Shown here piece by piece: positions 57,379 to 64,000 of a DNA stretch of 64,000 nt. This DNA is from a cyanobacterium endosymbiont of Rhopalodia gibba (GTDB lineage: Bacteria > Cyanobacteriota > Cyanobacteriia > Cyanobacteriales > Microcystaceae), in the NCBI GenBank assembly GCA_045159875.1, contig CP067995.1:2880001-2944000 (forward strand). The letters run 5' to 3'. The notes beneath the pieces were generated by a model. That model was not told the origin of the DNA. It did not search any database and saw only the letters and a program-made list of their open reading frames with translations. A program made the position numbers and the translations under genes. The stretch's first letter is position 1. Each line of letters opens with the position of its first letter.

Positions 57379-59154
57379 ATGCAATTGTCTCAACGTTGGG
57401 TTGATCACTTACCGAGATCAGCAGACTGGTTATTATTAGGGTTATGGGTAGTTATTGGGTCTATTCTCAGGTTTACCAAATTAAGTGCTAAGCCTCCCTG
57501 GACAGATGAATTTGCTACCATGGTGTTTAGTTTGGGAAATGATTTCACCTCAGTTCCTCTTAATCAGGTAATTTCGATTGATGCTTTGTTACAACCCCTA
57601 AAATTTAATCCTAATGCAAACATTGGAGATGTTATTTCATTACTATTGCAAGAAGATAATCATCCTCCTCTGTATTTTGTGTTAGTACATTTATGGGTAA
57701 AATTATTTCCCCCATTGGGAGAATACGTAGATGTTTGGGTGATGCGATCACTTTCTGCTTTATTAGGAATTTTATCGATTCCAGCAATTTATTTTTTAGG
57801 AAAAATTGCTTTCCGTTCCCAACGAGTCGGACAAATTAGTGCAGCTTTAATGGCAGTTTCTCCCTATGGGATTTTTCTCGCACAAGAAGCTCGCCACTAC
57901 ACATTAGCAATTCTTTTTGTAATTTTTTCTTTGCTTTGTTTTGTATATTCAATTAATATTTTTTTCACAAAAAAAATATTACCTTTGTGGTTAGTTATTG
58001 CTTGGATATTTATTAATGGAATTGGATTGTCAGTTCACTATTTTTTTGGAATAACTTTGTTATCGGAAGGAATGACGGTAATATTTTTAATTTATCGTCA
58101 TTATCAACAAAAAAATAATTATCTGTCTTTTATGTCACGAAATTTAATCCGTATTATATTGGTTTTTATAGGAGCAATTTCGGCTGGATTGACTTGGATA
58201 GCGGTTATTATTCCTAAAGGATATGGGAATGGCATGATTACCTGGGTTCATCCAATTAGCCATATTTTATATATGATTAGTCCTCCATTCCAACTGTTAG
58301 CAGTTTGGGTTCCCATGATATCTTTGCTGCCCGTTGAATCTTCTTCCCTAGCCATTGTTATTTTATCGAGTTTAATCTTATTACTCTTTTTTATTTGGTT
58401 CATTCCTTATATTAAAAAAGGAATCCAAGAAGGATTAAAATATTCAGACTGTTACTTGTCAACAAAGGGGTTGATAGGTTTTATTCTTAGTGCAATTGCT
58501 ATTTTTTTAGGAATTACTTATATTGTCGGATTGGATATTACCCGTGGTGCAAGATACAGTTTTGTTTATTTTCCAGCTGTAATCGTTTTAGTTGCTGTAA
58601 GTCTTGCTATTTTCTGGAATGAATCTAACTTTGATAATTCAATAGTTAAAGAAAAATACCGAATATTATTTGATCCTACTTATTTATTAACGATTATCTA
58701 TAGTAAACTTAATAGTAACGGGAAATTCGCTGTTTATGCTGTTTGGTTCATGGGGTTGGTAGGAGCAATTACGGTATTAGTTAATTTAGGATATCAAAAA
58801 TATTATCTTCCTGATCGCCTAATTTCAGTCATTAAAGACACGGCTTCTAGCCCGGTTTTGATTGCGACAACTCATAGAAATCTAGTCCAAACAGGGGAAA
58901 CTATGGGAATTGCTCTAGAACTACAACGACGTTCAGAGCTGCAAGATACTTTATTTTTATTGGTTCACCAAGAACAATCGAAATCCTCTGAAGCAACAGA
59001 AAATTTAACACAAGTAGTTAGCAAAATTAGCTACCCTATTGAAGTTTGGACAGTTAATTTCCAGGCTCCCATTGACTTAAAACAATGTGTTGTTGATCAA
59101 AAAAAGTTTCCTCAAGTTAATGGTTATGGTTATCAACGGTATACTTGTCAATGA
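57379..59154 (+). CDS. GT-C fold membrane glycosyltransferase (GT39/PMT-like)
   Basis: LRFTKLSAKPPWTDE, DNHPPLYF, QEARHYTL, many TM helices; ATG at 57379. Confidence 0.85.
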   Translation: MQLSQRWVDHLPRSADWLLLGLWVVIGSILRFTKLSAKPPWTDEFATMVFSLGNDFTSVPLNQVISIDALLQPLKFNPNANIGDVISLLLQEDNHPPLYFVLVHLWVKLFPPLGEYVDVWVMRSLSALLGILSIPAIYFLGKIAFRSQRVGQISAALMAVSPYGIFLAQEARHYTLAILFVIFSLLCFVYSINIFFTKKILPLWLVIAWIFINGIGLSVHYFFGITLLSEGMTVIFLIYRHYQQKNNYLSFMSRNLIRIILVFIGAISAGLTWIAVIIPKGYGNGMITWVHPISHILYMISPPFQLLAVWVPMISLLPVESSSLAIVILSSLILLLFFIWFIPYIKKGIQEGLKYSDCYLSTKGLIGFILSAIAIFLGITYIVGLDITRGARYSFVYFPAVIVLVAVSLAIFWNESNFDNSIVKEKYRILFDPTYLLTIIYSKLNSNGKFAVYAVWFMGLVGAITVLVNLGYQKYYLPDRLISVIKDTASSPVLIATTHRNLVQTGETMGIALELQRRSELQDTLFLLVHQEQSKSSEATENLTQVVSKISYPIEVWTVNFQAPIDLKQCVVDQKKFPQVNGYGYQRYTCQ

Positions 59155-59179
59155 TTACTATTAAAAGTAATCTGAATTT

Positions 59180-59760
59180 ATTTGGAAAACAAATATGATA
59201 GCCGTTATAAATCCTAATTTATTCCTGACGTCAAAATTCTTCAAGTAATCGTGTAACAGTCACTCGGGTTGTTTCCATCGCACTATCTAAATTTTGATGG
59301 GTTAAACGAACCCTCAAGTGAATTTCTTGTCCCCTGGATTCTCCCATTTTTTACTGAAGTAAATATTAATAATTTTTATAATTTTTCTTCAACTTTTTCC
59401 CTTCCTGCAATGGCTAATAACGCTTGTATTTGTCTGACACTTATCTGACACGTGCTACTACTCTCTTTAATATCTTTTAAGCTAGTCCAGGCGACGTTTT
59501 AATTTTAATCGGTACCATCTCATATAAACTTCTAGTTAAGCTTTAGCTTAATCAGAAGTTTATATGGGTTAACCATAATTTTAAAAAAGGTAGATAATTG
59601 AGCCCAACCTAATCAAATCTATTTCTCTTTACTAGAGGTTTGACTCAATTGAACAATCCTTTTATATACTCGCTATACGTCTTTAAATACCATCGTAATT
59701 TCTTTACCGCGAATAAATAAAAACGTGTCCTGTATCTTTAATTTCTCTGATTGGAGGACG
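59180..59760 (-). pseudogene. Crp/Fnr-family (CysR-like) regulator pseudogene
   Basis: V*RVYKRIVQLSQ..LGWAQLSTFF; HTH VRLTHQNLDSAMETTRVTVTRLLEEF*RQE*. Confidence 0.82.
59521..59566. repeat. Near-perfect palindrome inside the Crp pseudogene
   Basis: catataaacttct ag ttaagct tt agcttaa tc agaagtttatatg (20 of 22 positions paired). Confidence 0.88.
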
Positions 59761-61033
59761 GAAGTCAAATAAATTTATCGCTAAGTAGGTAGCATAAGCT
59801 TAAAAGTATTATCGCTGTTCTAAAGCAATAATTAATTGATTAATCTAAGTTCTTTAAGTTAACTTTTGAATGATCAAAAGTTAACAACCTTAACAGAAGA
59901 TAAAATAGAAAGTCCTTAATCTTAGCGATTGTAGTAGTTACACAGGGAACTGGACTAATTAGGTTGGGTTTAAACTAAACTTGGCACACACCGATTTGTC
60001 CATTACAGTTCCTATCTATATTCATTTCTATGATACTCTTATCCTCTGCTTGGGAAACATAAATAGTCGGACATCAATTAACAATCTATATATAAAAAAT
60101 TTCAAAAAAACAGGCTAAATATTAATTTATATCAATAAAGATGCGAATTTTTTTAGTAAAATAAACTTTAAAATTTTTTGTTTAATTTTCAGTTAATTAT
60201 TTTTTTAAATTTTCTAATTCTTAAGAAGAAATTTCTCCACTTTTAAACAATTTTATCGTGAGCATAATTTAATAGTTTCCATCACTAATTCTAAATTTTA
60301 TCTAATTCTAAAAAATAAATAGATAAATAAAAAAAATATATAAATATCACTTTTTTTATTTTTAATTTTATTTTTTATTACGTTACTAATATAAATATTG
60401 TCTTAATATTTAAGTATCATTATTTTCCAAAAATTCTTTAATCTCTCTTTAACTTTATCAGATTATTAGTGGATTAACTTAACACATAAGTCTTTACCAA
60501 AAGACTTACTTTAACTACAGTGGACTATTTAAATATTTTTTTAACAATCATATATTTTCATTTTATAAAATTATCTTTCTATATATAGTTTTTTGTTATA
60601 AGTCAACAAAAAGCACGAGTATAATATTTTTTTCTTTATTTTTTTGATTTTCTTGGAACATAGAGCAATTCTTGTACTCGTTGTTTTTATTACTATTTTT
60701 AGCTATTTCTAGAAACTCCTGTAGTATTCTTTCAGGAATTTATTTTACATTTCTTTATTTTTAAAATCTCATCAAGTCGTTGTCTATTATAAGTTTTTTT
60801 ATCTTGATATAAGAGCTTTTTAATATATTTTATACTTTATTCTTTTTACTACTTAGAGAGGTTTACGTTTTCTTGACTAGGCATTGTTTTTATAATTGTA
60901 TTTCCTCATCAATAGTTCTACTTAATTTATTTTTTAACTTTTAATTTTTTTTATTTTCTCAGAATATTTTTACTGTTATATTTTTTCTATAGGTAACTTT
61001 TAATTTTTGAGCTGACTGCAATAGTTGTTATCT

Positions 61034-61080
61034 TACTAATTATATTAGTCTGCTTTTTAAGCAGGCTAATATAATTAGTA
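61034..61080. repeat. Inverted repeat, 22-bp arms (one G.T mismatch), 3-nt loop
   Basis: tactaattatattagtctgctt-ttt-aagcaggctaatataattagta. Confidence 0.9.
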
Positions 61081-61374
61081 TATTCTTCTGTTTATTAATT
61101 TTTAATTTACACTTATTCAAAATCGTTTATTTAGAGATATCAATATGGTAAAGAATATAAAAAAGAACCATATTTTTTCTCTAAGAAGTGAGACATCTCC
61201 TACCTTTAAAATCAAGATTTGATAGTGGAAAACTTTAAAATTTTACTATTGCGTGGTCTCGTAGGTAGAAAACATCCATTTCAGCATCAGCGAATGTATG
61301 TAGTTTACAAAAAATGTTGAAAGCAATCAATTAAGGCGATAAGTCGTGTACCATCTATTCTTCAGATCACTCGT

Positions 61375-61998
61375 TTAGGTAATTAGGGTACATGACGAGT
61401 AGGCACGCCAAACTCCTACCAAAACCCCTTGAATTTCTACTTCGGAAGTTTTAAGTTCCATCGGTTTATACTGAGAATCTGATGGTTTAAGTAATACCTT
61501 TTCACCATTTTGATAGAATCGTTTTAGAGTTGTTCCATGACCTTGAACAATGGCAGCTACAATTTCTCCATCTTTGGGGTGTTCATCTCTAGATAAGGAT
61601 CGCATGATAGCTAAATCGCCTTCGGTGATTAAATCTCCGATCATGCTGTCTCCTATAATCTGTAACCCATAGTAATTTTTCTGCTCAGTGATTTCAGATA
61701 AATCTAATTTAGTTTGCTCATCGGCATGGAGTTCAACTAATGTGCCAGCCGTAATCGCTCCTACAATAGGAATACCCTTGGGTTTAGGACGTAAAATTTG
61801 AATTGTACGGGCTTTGCCTTCTATCCAATCGATATAACCTTTATTTCGTAATTTTTCTAGACGACTCTGAACAGGAGCTGGTGATCGTAAATGCATAGCG
61901 TGCATCATCTGGCGGATAGAAGGAGCATACTGGGTTTTGTCAATATACTCAACTAACCAGTCGAATAGTTCTTGTTGGGCAGGAGTTAAAGATTCCAT
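61375..61998 (-). CDS. lexA: LexA repressor
   Basis: LTPAQQELF..PSIRQMM..SPAPVQSRL..GKARTI; Ala-Gly site (ITAG), GDSM, TLKR. Confidence 0.95.
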   Translation of the reverse strand: MESLTPAQQELFDWLVEYIDKTQYAPSIRQMMHAMHLRSPAPVQSRLEKLRNKGYIDWIEGKARTIQILRPKPKGIPIVGAITAGTLVELHADEQTKLDLSEITEQKNYYGLQIIGDSMIGDLITEGDLAIMRSLSRDEHPKDGEIVAAIVQGHGTTLKRFYQNGEKVLLKPSDSQYKPMELKTSEVEIQGVLVGVWRAYSSCTLIT

Positions 61999-62032
61999 AA
62001 GTTTTAACGAGAACGGAAATAGTTATAAATTA

Positions 62033-62060
62033 AAGGTAAGATTTTTACCTCTTTTGTCAA
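62033..62060 (-). promoter_or_regulatory. Putative lexA promoter
   Basis: Minus strand TTGACA (62060-62055) N16 TACCTT. Confidence 0.5.
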
Positions 62061-62074
62061 CGAACATAAGTACT
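62061..62074 (-). promoter_or_regulatory. Cyanobacterial LexA box
   Basis: AGTACTTATGTTCG fits RGTACNNNDGTWCB and abuts the putative -35 of lexA. Confidence 0.8.
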
Positions 62075-62701
62075 ATGATAAACCTATTTTATCTTTTGTT
62101 TAATTTTCATGATTTTCTTCTGATACTGACTACAGACAAGCCAAAGTTTTCGGGATATCGGTCGTGATGTTATAGTTGACAGATAACAAAGTCAAAAACT
62201 GGAATCGTGAAGTATTGGAATCCTTGAAATATTTCTTCGGCATATTTCAAGAATGAAAATTTTTTAGTAAAACGGGGAAGACAGTAATACCACCGCGATT
62301 AACAGCTCGACCTGTCTTGACAAATCCTAATTTAAGATAAATTAGCACAGCATAGTTAGTTGAGCTAGCAGTAATTCTTTCTAAGACATAACTTTTAGCA
62401 TGATTACAATAGTATCTTCGTAATTTTTTGCCATCGATAGTTTTTTTACAAAAAAGAGTAAGATATGATTGTTTTGATTTATCTTGAAAATTCCGATTAA
62501 TTCAGTGTTTATTTTGTATAATTTCATTTTATACCCGCCGTCCGGTCTTTTTCTTAAGGAACTATAGGCAATAAATTCAAGAAAATTATCACATCCTTGA
62601 ACTGTTATTTTAGTTAACTTCTTTTCAGAAAATATTTGTTTGATTAATTGATGAATATCTAAGAGATCAGCCTGAGTTGCTAAGTCAATTGATGGAATAA
62701 A

Positions 62702-64000
62702 TTACCAGTCATCCTCCTCTAGAGTAGCTTTTTGTTTTATAGATGCTAGAGTAAATTTCTCTTCGTCCTCTTCCCAAGTTGATGTTAAAGGTTCTACTAC
62801 CTTAGCAATAGCGTCGGTAACAAATCTTTTGACAAATTCATCCTTACGACTCAGTTCAAATTGACGTTGTACAACTTCGGTAATTCCTCCATCCCCCCAG
62901 TCTTGATCGTGACGAAAATATTCAACAAAACTTTTTCCAGCAATACGGGTTAAATAAGCAGCTGTGACTCCTTGAATTGCTTTCCCAACTAAATAAGTAG
63001 TTACATTTAATTGTAGGGCTTTACTTAACAAATCCAAAGCTCCTTTGACTATTCCTAAACTTACTAAAGTTTTTCCTAAAGAAATGGCCAATTCCTTCCC
63101 GCGATCACTATTTAATTCACAGCCATAGATTTGTCCAATTTCAATTACCATTTGGGCATTAACTGCCGCCATTGCCAACATATCAACTACCGGTAAAGGA
63201 GTAATAGAAATAACCCCGGCACCAATCCATCGATAACGATCTATTATTTTATCTGCCTGTTGTCGTCTTTGACGATCAATCATTTTTCTGGCTTCTTCCC
63301 CCAGACGTTGAGATTGCAACAAAATATTATCAGCAATTAAATCTTCTCCCTCTGCTCTTAAAACCACAACAAGACGCTTAATTAGGGGGATAATTTCTGG
63401 TTCTGGCTCAACCATTTCCTTGGTTTCTAATAGAAATGATTGAGGCTTAGCGGCTACTGCAATAATATCTAAAGGGGAAATTAATCCTTTAACTTTTTGT
63501 TGTAACTGCTTCATCAGAAGTGTCAGTTCTTTTTTGGGATAAAGATCAATTTTATTTAAAATTAATAATGATCGTTTACCAATATTGACTAAAGTTTGTA
63601 GGGGGTCATATTCCGATTGACGTAAATCATTATCTACCACAAATAACAATAAATCTGCTTCTGTCGCTAATTTTCGTGCCAACTGTTCTCGTTCAGTTCC
63701 TTCTACTCCTACTTCCAAAATTCCTGGGGTATCTGTGATTAAGATATCTCTAGGAACTGCTGGTAGCTTAAGGGAATAGGTCTCCCCCATTTTAGTAGTC
63801 CCGAGAGTGGCTTCTACATTGCCCACCATTTCCCCAATTAAGGCATTAACTAGAGATGTTTTTCCCGCCGATCCTGTACCAAAAACTACAACTTGTAAAT
63901 CGCCTTTAGCCAAGCTAGTTTCGATTTTACGAGAACGACTCAATAACGCTTTTTGAGTGACTTTATCTTGGATCTGTTGTACTTGGCGGCGTACTGCTTT
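62702..64000 (-). CDS. Era-like GTP-binding protein with DUF697/YcjF domain (5' end outside window)
   Basis: GTGSAGKTS, DTPG, NKID; frame open to the window edge (KAVRRQVQQIQDKVTQKALL). Confidence 0.88.
   Translation of the reverse strand, partial: KAVRRQVQQIQDKVTQKALLSRSRKIETSLAKGDLQVVVFGTGSAGKTSLVNALIGEMVGNVEATLGTTKMGETYSLKLPAVPRDILITDTPGILEVGVEGTEREQLARKLATEADLLLFVVDNDLRQSEYDPLQTLVNIGKRSLLILNKIDLYPKKELTLLMKQLQQKVKGLISPLDIIAVAAKPQSFLLETKEMVEPEPEIIPLIKRLVVVLRAEGEDLIADNILLQSQRLGEEARKMIDRQRRQQADKIIDRYRWIGAGVISITPLPVVDMLAMAAVNAQMVIEIGQIYGCELNSDRGKELAISLGKTLVSLGIVKGALDLLSKALQLNVTTYLVGKAIQGVTAAYLTRIAGKSFVEYFRHDQDWGDGGITEVVQRQFELSRKDEFVKRFVTDAIAKVVEPLTSTWEEDEEKFTLASIKQKATLEEDDW

Noticed and set aside
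60000..61000. Possible third ISL3 fossil on the minus strand
   Set aside because: Only faint motif echoes (RAFVDL); too degraded to support.
62160..62450. Possible helicase or restriction gene remnant beside lexA
   Set aside because: A lone TGKT-like string with no other motifs recoverable.

Overview
This AT-rich chromosomal segment comes from a cyanobacterium in advanced genome decay. About 30 intact CDSs cover roughly 47% of the window (hand sum of ORF lengths). They include prlC, coaE, iscS, an S41 protease, folD, gor, queD, a CurT-like protein, a 2-Cys peroxiredoxin, a DnaJ-class protein, carA, cbiX, purE, nagA and lexA, plus tRNA-Asp. The long spacers hold recognisable ruins: chlP, apcB, dacB, a wzc-like gene, a Crp-family regulator, TPR and pentapeptide genes, and IS630 and ISL3 fossils. 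Loss of chlP and apcB together with low coding density suggests a non-photosynthetic endosymbiont, such as a rhopalodiacean diatom spheroid body (inference). The most notable signals are: (1) an intact 1011-aa plasmid-type CyRepA1 primase-helicase among chromosomal housekeeping genes and bracketed by long palindromes, a candidate DnaA-independent replication initiator and origin; (2) twelve long, sequence-unrelated perfect or near-perfect palindromes, one apparently forming inside a pseudogene; (3) an eroding cobalamin riboswitch, eroding HIP1 sites and an apparently recent nonsense codon in a phasin-family gene. All calls come from reading the sequence by eye; no database searches were run, and pseudogene boundaries are approximate.
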